In this document: positions 51,801 through 60,811 of the stretch, one piece after another
Layout: each line of letters begins with the position of its first letter
Position numbering within the stretch: the first letter of the stretch is position 1
Source: Cyanobacteriota bacterium
GTDB taxonomy: Bacteria > Cyanobacteriota > Cyanobacteriia > Cyanobacteriales > Nostocaceae
Assembly: GCA_046045965.1 (NCBI GenBank)
Contig: JBJOKS010000007.1
Span: 96,001-160,000 of the forward strand
Reading direction: 5' to 3'
Length of the DNA stretch: 64,000 nt
Made by a program: the position numbers and the translations under genes
Notes under the pieces: model-generated
The model's input: the letters and a program-made list of their open reading frames with translations, nothing else
What the model was told of the DNA's origin: nothing
The model's database searches: none

Positions 51801-54396
51801 TCGTCAAGCAATTTTGCATTTTATCGCTGGTATAGCAGATACAGACGGCTCGAATACAAACAGCAACGGCATCAGAATATATATCTCTGACTATGATCGA
51901 GCATACCGAGTTCAGTTACTACTAACTAAATGTGGTATTCGTTCATCTGTCAATCTGTGCGCTCATCAAGGGGCAGTCACTAACTATGGCATCAGAAGTA
52001 GAGATTTATACTGCTTGCAAATAACTGACTGTAGCGAGATTCCTTGTCAGCGTTTGGACGTGAGTAAAGGCACAAATGCCAAATATAAAGGTAAATGGCA
52101 AGTTGTAAAAAGTGTTGAACAATTACCAGGATTACATGATACTTACTGCTTTAATGAGCCGGAATATCATAAAGGTGTTTTTGGTAATACCTTAACCGGA
52201 AACTGTAACTTGTCTGAAGTACACTTAAACCAACTTGATCCCGATAACTACAAAGAACAAGAAGAAGCATTTACCGCTGGTGCTTTGTCAGTGGCCGCAT
52301 TGTTAAACCACCATTTTCTTGAACCCCGCTATCAATACAGTCGGGAACTTGATCCCATTGTCGGCGTTTCCTTCACCGGTTTATTTGACTTCTTTGTTCA
52401 TGCTTTTGGTGTGGACTGGTTACGCTGGTGGGAGGAAGGAAGACCAGAAACCCCAGAAGGACTGGTTTTCAAACGTGGTGAACAAAAATATCTCAGCAGA
52501 TGGCGAGAAATCGTACATAAAGCCGTTTGGGAATATTGCGACAAACACGGAATTAAACGCCCCAACCGCTGTACTACCGTGCAGCCTTCTGGCTGTCTGG
52601 ATCGCACAGCATTGCGGATATTTGATCAAGGATTGCTCTATGCTGATGAATTGATAGCTCCCGGTAGTGGTGAAACCATCAACTTAAACTTAAGCGTGCG
52701 TAAAGGAATTTCTGTTTCTACAGGCATTGCTAATCAACCCCTGCAACTGATTAAAGTAACTTTAAGCAATGGTCGCATCCTCCGCATGACCCCTAATCAC
52801 CGTCTTTCCATCAATGGAAATTGGGTTTATGCAGCCGATATGACTTCTGGGATGAAAATTGATTTCAGTCTCGGCGAGTATCAAAATCACCAAGAAGTCT
52901 CTTTACTCAATATCGATCAATTCGAGTACACACGAGAAGGACGACAATTAGAACTCGGTCATAGTCGCGGGGTTACAGCAACCATCATTAAAACACCAAA
53001 AACCATGTCTCCTGATTTGTCCTACTTCATTGGGGCATTATTTGGAGATGGTTGCTTGAGTCCTCATAAACACCGCATCCGTTTTTGCAGCAATGATTAC
53101 ACATTACTCGAAAGACTGCAAAAAATCGGACAACAACTTTTTGCTTTGAAGGGACAAATTCGCAAATATTCTGACAGAGAAGCTTTTGAACTATCTTTTG
53201 CCAGCGTTCAGCTTTTTAACTGGTTGCAACTGAATGGATTAGCAAAAACAGAAGAAAGCCAAAGCCTCGACAGAATACCCTTAGCAATTCGTTGTTCTTC
53301 TAAGCAAAGCATCCTGTCTTTTTTCTGCGGTTTAATTGACACTGATGGTTGTATTCGTTCTACAGGGAGGATGTCTATTGATAGCGCCAGTGAAAAGTTC
53401 CTGCGAAACCTTCAACAAATTGGTGAAGCGGTGGGTCTGTGTTTCTCAATTTTCCATAACACCCAAGGAGAAAACAAGCAAGGTCAGAAAGATATGTGGG
53501 GCTTATGTTTGAGTCGGATGTTGTCCCAACCCGATGCCTTAGCTTATTTAAACAGCAATAGCGAAAAAGCTCAAGCTCGTCCTATTCCTTCTCCAAAACG
53601 GAGTTTTAAATTTGAACCTTACACTGTGGCATCTGTAGAGTGGGAAGAAGCTCCCGACTATAGTTACGATTTTGCTGTAGGAGGAATAGACGATAATGAC
53701 TCTTGGTACTGGCAGGGAGGAATTAAATCTCACAATACCAAATCTCTTTTAACAGGTGCTAGTTCCGGTTGGCATCCTCCCAAAGCCCAAAGATTCATTC
53801 GGCGGATCACCTTCCGTAAAAATGACCCAGTAGCATTAGCCTGTATAGACTATGGTTACAACGTCATCCCGTCCCAATCTGACAAAGACGAAAACGGCAA
53901 CTTACTCAATGACCCATTTGATCCTCGTTGTACAGAATGGTTAGTAGAAATACCTGTTGCCGTCTCTTGGGCAGATTTACCCGGTGCGGATGTCATTGAT
54001 GTGTCTAAGTTCTCTGTATTGGCACAATTAGATTTTGTCATGCAAGTGCAGAAATACTACACCGCTCATAACACTTCAGCAACTTTAGAACTGCGTTCTG
54101 AGGAGGTTGTACCTTTGGGAACACGCATCTATGAAGCCATTCAAAATGATGAAGGTTACATTTCTGCGGCGTTATTAGCGCGGTTTGATGACATTCAAAC
54201 TTTCCCCCGCTTACCCTTTGAACCCATAGACAAAGCCACCTATCAGCGTTTGTCTCAAGAAGTCAAAGCCCGACGGAAAACCGATGATTTCTGTGGCGCT
54301 TTAAGTCGTTATGATTTAGGAGAATTAACAGAAGCAGGACCTAGTGGTTGTGACTCTGATAAATGTATGTTCCCTGAACAAGCACCAACATCATAA
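48871..54396 (+). CDS. nrdJ: Adenosylcobalamin-dependent (class II) ribonucleoside-triphosphate reductase precursor with three inteins; spliced product 766 aa
   Basis: RTYSR, PSGR..W, YNC, GNIRRSA, NP|CGEI, |CNLSEV, TVQPSG|TKS, C-terminal GCDSDKC. Confidence 0.95.
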   Translation: MVQELERKRQSASFPESAPAANPVFFRTYSRRTEAGLRESYDQVCDRTLKGLVELGKLTREEAALLDKMQRNMKALPSGRWMWVGGTDWLTKPKNFSGAYNCTSTNLVDWKAFGLMMDLAMMGCGTGAIIEPQYINQLPSIRNHLNITITGEIGSTPKEQRREFTQTDIEANTATIHVGDSREGWVKSYQTLLELSTDERFTGDVEVIVDISDVRQSGETLKGFGGMANPVKLPGLYQRCASILNKALGRQLNSVECCLLIDEAAVTIVAGNIRRSAGMRQFIAEDEKGATAKDNLWQQDAEGNWRIDPERDSLRMANHSRVFHHKPTLEESIAAVQKQYYSGEGAIQWAGEAVARANIDLLTTPELKTDFLQAYDQGKAKEWIQEHHPDIDAQELEHRLGRYGLNPCHAGDTLVSTNQGLVPIKDLVGKPFQALVDLRSVGLDGVKLTDAIAFPTGVQTTYLITLANGQQMRCTADHQHFTNHGWVATKDLTSEHHIYIQKGAGSFGEGTITVEQAQMLGWWYGDGYNVIIKPQKHGRKESHFAKGFVFNPQEYDYAYPVVGGAIKSITGVEYVRKLHKGVYEFRTQSPLLEEFFGNLEIENKDILPVKFLTQSQDVLIGFVQGIFSADGTVEKSCRRIKLVNKSKALLQQIQLILLQLGILSTVRCARKPGYRGVVYTTADGTQKISADNGSYALCIHSFGYKLFHQLIGFPLSPAKEQRLAEWDAKPLPSYTAKTINSCFTAQVNTVEEFGEEPVYDLHVPLTHSFIANGCITHNCGEIIGADFHCVSGDTLLITKDGMHKIQDIVDSEVEIWNGKNWSQVQPFKTGSSRVLYRVRFGDGSYLDATEYHRFFVKDRFGKNYKEVQTKDLMDTSHYAIHTEPFTIQYEDGLNVDLNYAYTLGVAVGDGTTDQKDHAKVRLYEKKAALNLSGNKSPIRDYDYLPTFTDVTDLGFSGEFLKSLKTNPETLNVIASWNRQAILHFIAGIADTDGSNTNSNGIRIYISDYDRAYRVQLLLTKCGIRSSVNLCAHQGAVTNYGIRSRDLYCLQITDCSEIPCQRLDVSKGTNAKYKGKWQVVKSVEQLPGLHDTYCFNEPEYHKGVFGNTLTGNCNLSEVHLNQLDPDNYKEQEEAFTAGALSVAALLNHHFLEPRYQYSRELDPIVGVSFTGLFDFFVHAFGVDWLRWWEEGRPETPEGLVFKRGEQKYLSRWREIVHKAVWEYCDKHGIKRPNRCTTVQPSGCLDRTALRIFDQGLLYADELIAPGSGETINLNLSVRKGISVSTGIANQPLQLIKVTLSNGRILRMTPNHRLSINGNWVYAADMTSGMKIDFSLGEYQNHQEVSLLNIDQFEYTREGRQLELGHSRGVTATIIKTPKTMSPDLSYFIGALFGDGCLSPHKHRIRFCSNDYTLLERLQKIGQQLFALKGQIRKYSDREAFELSFASVQLFNWLQLNGLAKTEESQSLDRIPLAIRCSSKQSILSFFCGLIDTDGCIRSTGRMSIDSASEKFLRNLQQIGEAVGLCFSIFHNTQGENKQGQKDMWGLCLSRMLSQPDALAYLNSNSEKAQARPIPSPKRSFKFEPYTVASVEWEEAPDYSYDFAVGGIDDNDSWYWQGGIKSHNTKSLLTGASSGWHPPKAQRFIRRITFRKNDPVALACIDYGYNVIPSQSDKDENGNLLNDPFDPRCTEWLVEIPVAVSWADLPGADVIDVSKFSVLAQLDFVMQVQKYYTAHNTSATLELRSEEVVPLGTRIYEAIQNDEGYISAALLARFDDIQTFPRLPFEPIDKATYQRLSQEVKARRKTDDFCGALSRYDLGELTEAGPSGCDSDKCMFPEQAPTS
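50092..51204 (+). mobile_element. Intein 1 of NrdJ (371 aa, LAGLIDADG endonuclease)
   Basis: Starts CHAGDT, block B TADH, LGWWYGDG/FVQGIFSADG, ends VYDL..ITHN|C. Confidence 0.93.
51235..52203 (+). mobile_element. Intein 2 of NrdJ (323 aa, LAGLIDADG endonuclease)
   Basis: Starts CVSGDT, block B TEYH, LGVAVGDG/FIAGIADTDG, ends LTGN|C. Confidence 0.92.
52594..53736 (+). mobile_element. Intein 3 of NrdJ (381 aa, LAGLIDADG endonuclease)
   Basis: Starts CLDRT, block B TPNH, IGALFGDG/FFCGLIDTDG, ends SYDF..KSHN|T. Confidence 0.92.
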
Positions 54397-54448
54397 AATC
54401 CGTTAATTTCTGAAGAATGACGGAAAATATCTCTGTTATCTTCTTTTC

Positions 54449-54518
54449 TTCGTGTCTTCGTGTCTTCGTGGTTTAATAATTTTTTTACGAACCACAGAGG
54501 CACAGAGGACACAGAGAG
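54449..54518. repeat. Inverted pair of short tandem repeats after nrdJ (cttcgtgt / cacagagg)
   Basis: cttcgtgtcttcgtgtcttcgtggtt ... aaccacagaggcacagaggacacagag; possible terminator. Confidence 0.55.
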
Positions 54519-54528
54519 AGGAAAAATC

Positions 54529-54651
54529 TTTAACTTACCTTTGGGGGTGAAAGTCCCCTGCTTCTACAAGCAGCGGGTTTTGCGTCGGGGTAAAATCCCC
54601 GTTGCCAAACGTAATTCTACATTCTAAATTCTCAATTCTTCATTCTTTTAA
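54529..54651. repeat. 123-bp structured direct repeat, copy 1
   Basis: Identical to 55515-55637 except one base (ggttttgcg vs ggttgtgcg). Confidence 0.95.
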
Positions 54652-55481
54652 CAGGTTTTATATTCAATGACATGAGTGGAACTAACCCATTCACCTTTTT
54701 CGCTATAGCTACGAATTAAACGTTGACGTTCATTTTCTCTGACTAACCAACCTGCTTCCACAAAAAAAGGTTTTCTCCGTTGCAGTTGCAAAGGAACATT
54801 ACTGGAAGTTCCATCGGGTAATAACAAAATTTCCCGAATGTTTCCTTCTTTTTCAAAAATTAGTTTATTGCCTTCTATTTTGGCTTGTGAAGTAATGGTT
54901 CGGGATACAAAAAATAGCTTTTGTTCTAAATATCCATTACCAATGTCTTTAATTTCTAAAGAACTAGCATAGGTTTCAGATGGTCTCAGGTCTGAATACA
55001 CTGTATGAGCTTGACCTTGCCAATTACCAATTAACTGTTCTACAGTCAGTTGTGGACGTTCGTAAGCATCTGTAGAACTGCGAAATTCCCTAATCAAAGT
55101 TAAACTAATAAAGTTACCTTGTTTGTCATATAATTGCACTAAACGCGATCGCCTATCATTATCTACAAAGCCATATTCTGCTCCGAATTCTGTAAAAGGT
55201 GCTAGTTGCAATGTTCCTTTAGAAAACGCCCCTGTGCTAAAAAAGATGTTCTCTTTTGCTAAAGTACGATATTCCTGTTGATAATCTTGAATAGGAAGAC
55301 TATCATCACCACTAGCATCAAAACGACGTAATCTAAAAAGTACAGCTTGATGATGATCAAAGGCTTCTAAATTTAAAATGCTAGGAGTCGAATCTAATAT
55401 TTCTCCATTGGGGGAAATTTTAGTAAATGAACCACGCCATTCACCTAAATTTTTGAGAAAGTTTTCCCAGTTGCTTGTCAT
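54648..55481 (-). CDS. DUF3598 family protein
   Basis: W..FLKNLGEWRGSFT, F..GAFS.G, LIRE, L.G.WQG, LLLPDG.SS, RQRLIRSY...GEW. Confidence 0.85.
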   Translation of the reverse strand: MTSNWENFLKNLGEWRGSFTKISPNGEILDSTPSILNLEAFDHHQAVLFRLRRFDASGDDSLPIQDYQQEYRTLAKENIFFSTGAFSKGTLQLAPFTEFGAEYGFVDNDRRSRLVQLYDKQGNFISLTLIREFRSSTDAYERPQLTVEQLIGNWQGQAHTVYSDLRPSETYASSLEIKDIGNGYLEQKLFFVSRTITSQAKIEGNKLIFEKEGNIREILLLPDGTSSNVPLQLQRRKPFFVEAGWLVRENERQRLIRSYSEKGEWVSSTHVIEYKTC

Positions 55482-55514
55482 AATTTAATAGTTGATTAAC
55501 AAAGATTATTTTAT

Positions 55515-55637
55515 TTTAACTTACCTTTGGGGGTGAAAGTCCCCTGCTTCTACAAGCAGCGGGTTGTGCGTCGGGGTAAAATCCCCGTTGCCAAACGTAA
55601 TTCTACATTCTAAATTCTCAATTCTTCATTCTTTTAA
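55515..55637. repeat. 123-bp structured direct repeat, copy 2
   Basis: See copy 1 at 54529-54651. Confidence 0.95.
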
Positions 55638-55800
55638 TGCTGGTTAACAATCAAGGTGAATTATGTTTGATGATGATAAAAATAATCATAACCATCATCC
55701 AATTAAATATCATCACATCTTTTGCTTGTGTCTTCCTGACCAAAATCTGTTAAGATTGATGAAGATTTAATAATTTTTACAGACATAGTTGGAGAGTGTA

Positions 55801-56019
55801 ATGTTTATTACTGAATTATCGCCCCTATTGAAAGAACTTGCCCAGCATCCAGTGTCATTTATGGGCGGGTTTGTCTCCGGTGTACTGCGACTCAACCTAG
55901 CTGATGAACCTGTTAAAACTTGGCTGGACCAACATATCACCCCAGGGGGGTTCTCGAATCCTGGTAATTCAACACAGAACGGAAAACCCTCTGGTCCTCA
56001 ACAAATTTCAATTGATTAA
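55801..56019 (+). CDS. Small conserved protein (UPF0426-like)
   Basis: P.SFMGGFVSGVLRLNL..EPV..WL ... GPQQISID. Confidence 0.8.
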   Translation: MFITELSPLLKELAQHPVSFMGGFVSGVLRLNLADEPVKTWLDQHITPGGFSNPGNSTQNGKPSGPQQISID

Positions 56020-56349
56020 TCCTTTTTAAACCGTTAGCTGTGAACTGTTAACGGTTATAAATATCTGACATTTCTTTAAATTATCCAACAGATATAATTA
56101 AATAATTATATATTATAATTCTTTGTAAAATCTCATACTTTGGATAATGTCACAATCAGTTATCATAATTAACAGATGCGTATGTTCAGTCTGATGGCAG
56201 ATTTCGTGATGGATATAGTCGTCGTTATGGCTCATGTCCTAACATTTTTGCCATCCATGAATCAAAGGCAACTATGCAATGCTTACAATTTGCTTAGTTC
56301 CAGTTTCCCGCTGAACTATCGCTTTTTGTTGAATATTACGTGACTAATA

Positions 56350-56634
56350 ATGACTATCTACGTTGGAAATCTCTCTTACCAAGCGACCGAAGCAGACTTA
56401 AAAGCCGTGTTTGCTGATTATGGCGAGGTTAAAAGAGTTGTTTTACCTACTGACCGCGAAACCGGAAGGATGCGCGGATTTGCTTTTGTTGAGATGATCG
56501 AAGATGCACAAGAAGATGCAGCTATCTCAGAATTGGATGGTGCAGAATGGATGGGTCGTCAACTAAGAGTTAATAAAGCAAAACCCAAAGAAGATGACCG
56601 ACTACGACGTAGTTCGTCTAAAAAAGAATATTAA
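56350..56634 (+). CDS. RRM RNA-binding protein (Rbp family, no Gly-rich tail)
   Basis: RNP2 IYVGNL, RNP1 RGFAFVEM, LDGAEWMGR.L.VNKA. Confidence 0.95.
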   Translation: MTIYVGNLSYQATEADLKAVFADYGEVKRVVLPTDRETGRMRGFAFVEMIEDAQEDAAISELDGAEWMGRQLRVNKAKPKEDDRLRRSSSKKEY

Positions 56635-57032
56635 TAATAGAGAGATTCTATCTTAGCATATTGTTTCTATTTATGCAAGTAAGCGATCGCTCAAATCCTG
56701 CTAGAAACAATTGAGAATGACACAGAGCTATAAAATTCAGCCAGACTAGTGATACATTTTAGGCCAATGTTAAGACTAGTGGGCTTTTTTTATGACAACG
56801 TAACAAAATGTTGTATGGATGTAAAAAAAAATGGAAGCAGATTTTTGGAAACTGTAGAAAAGTAATTATTTTATATGTAAAATATATAGGCAATCTAGAG
56901 TGATTATTTTGAAGTAATAATCAGAGTTTATTTATTTCATCTTTTAGTTTTAATACTTATCTGTATTTGGAAACAGGTATTTTTACAAATTACAAATTAA
57001 ATGTTCCAACTAAGTACAAAGAACTAAAAACT

Positions 57033-57602
57033 ATGGATGTTCAAGAACTTTTAACTAGATATGCCAGAGGAGAAAGAAGCTTTAACGGTATCGCCTTACC
57101 AGCAGCTAACTTACAAGGAGCTAACTTAGGTGGTATAGACTTTGCTAGAGCAGACCTCAGAGGTGCAAATCTCATCGGTGCTTCTTTGACAGGAGCAAAT
57201 TTAAGTAAAGCAAATCTCAGAGGTGCAAAACTAGAAAATGCACATTTATCAGAAGTAATTTTGTGTGGTGCTGATTTAACTCAAGCTGTGCTAACTAATG
57301 CTCATCTGAATGAATCAGACCTCAGTGGAGCTTTATTAACTGGTGCTGACTTGTGTGACGCTAATTTACATCAAGCATCAATAACCGCCGCTAATTTACA
57401 AAATGCAAACTTAAGCGGGGCAAAAATGGGAGGTGTGAGGATGTGGAAAGCAGATTTACAGGGGGCAAATTTAACTGGTGCTGATTTAAGTGAAGCAAAT
57501 CTGTGTGAGGTAAATTTGACCAAAGCTAATCTCAATGCCACGGATATGAGTGAGGCTTTTTTAACTGCGGCAATTATGCCAGATGGAAGTCTTCATAGTT
57601 AA
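57033..57602 (+). CDS. Pentapeptide repeat protein
   Basis: MDVQELLTRYARGERSF start, A(N/D)L repeats, MPDG end. Confidence 0.92.
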   Translation: MDVQELLTRYARGERSFNGIALPAANLQGANLGGIDFARADLRGANLIGASLTGANLSKANLRGAKLENAHLSEVILCGADLTQAVLTNAHLNESDLSGALLTGADLCDANLHQASITAANLQNANLSGAKMGGVRMWKADLQGANLTGADLSEANLCEVNLTKANLNATDMSEAFLTAAIMPDGSLHS

Positions 57603-57639
57603 TCTTTTCTGAATTTACACCTGTTAACTGAAATCAAAA

Positions 57640-57673
57640 AAAGTAGAGATATTTCATGCAACATCTCTACTTT
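57640..57673. terminator. Hairpin after the pentapeptide repeat gene
   Basis: aaagtagagat ... atctctacttt. Confidence 0.5.
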
Positions 57674-57733
57674 GAACTTTTTATTTCATAAATTACACAC
57701 AAATTCGGATACATTAGTAGAAAGACGGTATTC

Positions 57734-59254
57734 ATGGGTGCAAAAATGTTAGAATTACAACAAAAACGGGTGGTAGTTGTTGGTGCTGGTTGGGCTGGTT
57801 TAGGTGCAACTTATCATTTAGCTAAACAAGGTTATGATGTCACACTTTTGGAAGCAGGACCCTATCCTGGTGGACTTGTCGCAGGTTGGCAAACCGCTGG
57901 AGGAAAATCTGTAGAAGCTGGTATTCACGGCTTTTGGTATCCTTACAGAAATATATTTTCTCTGATCAATGAATTAGAAATTAATCCCTTTACAACTTGG
58001 ACTCGTTCTGCTCAATATTCCCCCGCAGGTTTGGAAGTTGAATCACCAATTTTTCAAGATTTACCAAGACTACCCACACCTTTAGGAACTTTTATTTACC
58101 CTCAATTTCAACGTTTACCATTCATTGACAGAATCAGCGCCTTACCGTTACTTTATAGCTTAATTGATTTTGATAATTCTGATGATGCTTGGAAAAGGTA
58201 TGATTCAATAACAGCCCGTGAATTGTTTAAAACTTTTGGTGTTTCGGCACGACTTTATAAAGAAGCATTTGAACCAATGTTATTAGTGGGTTTATTTGCC
58301 CCTGGTGAACAATGTTCAGCAGCCGCAACTTTAGGAATGTTATATTATTTTATTCTCGCTCATCAACCTGATTTTGATGTAGTTTGGTGTCGGGGAACAG
58401 TAGGAGAAAAAATCTTCCGTCCTTGGGTACAAAAAATAGAAAAATTAGGTGCAAAAGTTTTAGCTAAACATCGAGTTACAGATGTAATGGTTGATAATAA
58501 TAACCAGGTAAAAAGTGTCGTTTGCGGTGATGAAGTGTTTGATGCTGATGCCGTGATTTTTGCTGTTGGTATCACAGGAATGAAGAAAATTGTCGCTAAT
58601 AGTCCGAGTTTACAAAATTATGCAGAATTTAGAAACTTGAATAATTTAGGAGCAATTGATGTTTTAGCGACTCGGTTATGGTTTGACAGAAAAATTGATA
58701 TTCCTCGTCCTTCTAATGCTTGTTTTGGTTTTGATGAGACTACAGGATGGACATTTTTTGATTTGAATGCTTTACATGATGAATTCAAACTTCAAACAGA
58801 AACAGTAGTTGAAGTTGATTTTTATCACGCTAATCAATTTTTGCATTTAAGTGATGAAGAAATTGTCAAAATAGTTCAAAGTTATTTAGCAACTTGTATT
58901 CCAGGATTTAAAGAAGCAAAAGTAATTGATAGTAGTGTAATTCGTTTAGGAAATGCCGTTACACATTTTGCACCTGGTAGTTATCGTTATATGTTGCCAG
59001 CAAAAACGAGTTTTGAAAATGTGTTTATGAGTGGAGATTGGATTATTAATCGTCACGGTTCATGGTCACAGGAAAAAGCTTATGTCACAGGTTTAGAAGC
59101 TGCTAATTTGGCTATTTCTTATTTACAAGATGGGAAAAAAGCTGATATTTTACCTGTAGAAAAAGATGAACCCCATATACAAATATCAAGAAACTTGAAT
59201 CAAAGTATACGAGATTTAGGAAAATCTATTTTACCTAATTTTTGGTTGCCATAA
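57734..59254 (+). CDS. FAD-dependent oxidoreductase (amine oxidase/carotenoid desaturase-like)
   Basis: GAGWAGL, LEA...GG, EAGIHGFW, SGDW...SQEKA..TG. Confidence 0.88.
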   Translation: MGAKMLELQQKRVVVVGAGWAGLGATYHLAKQGYDVTLLEAGPYPGGLVAGWQTAGGKSVEAGIHGFWYPYRNIFSLINELEINPFTTWTRSAQYSPAGLEVESPIFQDLPRLPTPLGTFIYPQFQRLPFIDRISALPLLYSLIDFDNSDDAWKRYDSITARELFKTFGVSARLYKEAFEPMLLVGLFAPGEQCSAAATLGMLYYFILAHQPDFDVVWCRGTVGEKIFRPWVQKIEKLGAKVLAKHRVTDVMVDNNNQVKSVVCGDEVFDADAVIFAVGITGMKKIVANSPSLQNYAEFRNLNNLGAIDVLATRLWFDRKIDIPRPSNACFGFDETTGWTFFDLNALHDEFKLQTETVVEVDFYHANQFLHLSDEEIVKIVQSYLATCIPGFKEAKVIDSSVIRLGNAVTHFAPGSYRYMLPAKTSFENVFMSGDWIINRHGSWSQEKAYVTGLEAANLAISYLQDGKKADILPVEKDEPHIQISRNLNQSIRDLGKSILPNFWLP

Positions 59255-59289
59255 TTAATAAGTTGTTGTCCATTCAACTTGCACAATTT

Positions 59290-59314
59290 GGACAGGCAAG
59301 ATGCCTGTCCCACA
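59290..59314 (-). repeat. REP-like palindrome
   Basis: ggacaggcaagatgcctgtcccaca. Confidence 0.65.
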
Positions 59315-59335
59315 AAAGTTTCATTTACAGCAAAA

Positions 59336-59764
59336 TTAACCCGTACTTTTTCCATCTAGACCTTTTTTAACCCAACTTAAACATTCATTAGGTGAAGAAA
59401 ATAATTTGGGTGCGGCAATATTAGTTAATGAGTCTGGTTTGTAATGGTCATAATAACATTTACCATTTTTTTGATAAACAATAATCAAATTATGACGATA
59501 AACGTAGCGTGATTTAAAAAAATCATCTTGACTAACAAATTCTGTATTTACATCAATATGTTCTTTAGCTATATCAATAATATTGATAATACTATTACCA
59601 TAGATTGTTGCTGGATTTTCTGAAGCATGAAAACTGCTTTTATGTCCAATTTCTGCCAATAACTTGTAAGAATAAATCTCATAATTATCGAACTTACCAA
59701 AAACAAAAGGAATAATTAGATATCCTTGATATGAGACAGAATTTTCATAAAGAAAACGATTCAT
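59336..59764 (-). CDS. Hypothetical protein
   Basis: 142-aa ORF with an internal twofold similarity (Y.GYLII / YRHNLII). Confidence 0.75.
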   Translation of the reverse strand: MNRFLYENSVSYQGYLIIPFVFGKFDNYEIYSYKLLAEIGHKSSFHASENPATIYGNSIINIIDIAKEHIDVNTEFVSQDDFFKSRYVYRHNLIIVYQKNGKCYYDHYKPDSLTNIAAPKLFSSPNECLSWVKKGLDGKSTG

Positions 59765-59814
59765 GGAAATTTCCTGAGAAATTAATGATTTTCAAAAAAT
59801 CATAGTTTAAATTA

Positions 59815-60666
59815 TTACCATAAACTAAGTTGTTCAGACTGACTCAAATTATTCCAAGGTAGAGGAGGAACTTCTAAAGCATTTTCTTCTAATAACTTTT
59901 GAAAATAACGAGCATTATTAGGAGACATATCTTCCGTAGGACAATGCACAAAGAAATAAATTTTTATTCCTGCTTTTAACCACTGCTGAATCTGCGTTAC
60001 CCATTCTGCCATAAATGGTTGATTTATTGATAACTGCGGATGAGAAATAAAGCGAATTAAAGTAAAAGGTGCTGTCACACTGAACTGAACAGGTAATTGC
60101 GGTTTACGGCGTTCTGATGCTAATTGTGGATCATCTTCTCCAGTATAAACAGGGCGAGTATCTAACAAAACCCTACCAACCCCTAAATTTGCTAACAAGG
60201 TTGTTAAATTACTCAGATGGGGTTCTTGAAACCAGTCACCATGTCTCACCTCTAATGCTAAAGGTACATCTTGACGTGGCCATGCTTCCAGAAAAGCCCG
60301 CAAATCATCAAGTAAAGCAGGTGAGTAACTGGGTGGTAGTTGGGCAAACATTGGACCCAAATGCTTACCTAATGGCCGCATCCTCTCTAAAAATGCTAAA
60401 GCGTCAGGAATATGAGGTTGGAGTAATTTTTGATGGGTAATATCTCGCGGTAACTTTAAGCAAAATTCAAAGCCTGGAGGTGTTTCTGTCGCCCAACGGG
60501 TAACGGTTTCTGCATTAGGTACAGCGTAAAAAGTGGTGTTACCTTCTACCGTGGTGAAGCGACGACTGTAAAGACGTAGGAAGTCCGTGGTGCGAGTTCC
60601 TGGGGGATAGAGTTCGCCCACCCAACCTTTATATGCCCAAACTGCACAACCGATATAAAAGTTCAC
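59815..60666 (-). CDS. DUF72 family protein
   Basis: IG...W.Y..W, TVEGNTTFY, K.PR.ITH, QLPP, EVRH. Confidence 0.92.
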   Translation of the reverse strand: MNFYIGCAVWAYKGWVGELYPPGTRTTDFLRLYSRRFTTVEGNTTFYAVPNAETVTRWATETPPGFEFCLKLPRDITHQKLLQPHIPDALAFLERMRPLGKHLGPMFAQLPPSYSPALLDDLRAFLEAWPRQDVPLALEVRHGDWFQEPHLSNLTTLLANLGVGRVLLDTRPVYTGEDDPQLASERRKPQLPVQFSVTAPFTLIRFISHPQLSINQPFMAEWVTQIQQWLKAGIKIYFFVHCPTEDMSPNNARYFQKLLEENALEVPPLPWNNLSQSEQLSLW

Positions 60667-60778
60667 AAAATCAAATGCTTTGGTATATCTTCATCTCTGA
60701 TTCCTCAATTGTACAAGTAGCTATGATTAATTCCTGCCACTGCCTGCTAGGATTGTATCAAGATTATATAATTATAAA

Positions 60779-60806
60779 TACCAAATAAATTGGTAGGCTT
60801 TTGGTA
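60779..60806. promoter_or_regulatory. Candidate operator: TACCAA-N5-TTGGTA plus an extra TTGGTA half-site
   Basis: Perfect inverted repeat at 60779-60795, just upstream of an RHH-type regulator. Confidence 0.35.
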
Positions 60807-60811
60807 AACTT

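Noticed and set aside
54529..55637. CRISPR array or IS200/IS605 ends
   Set aside because: Only two long repeats separated by a whole gene; no cas, tnpA or tnpB genes.
2988..60440. Many short antisense or overlapping ORFs in the track (e.g. 2988, 3491, 6980, 18761, 33185, 38607, 50344, 52319, 60117)
   Set aside because: They are shadows of well-supported genes and show no motifs of their own.
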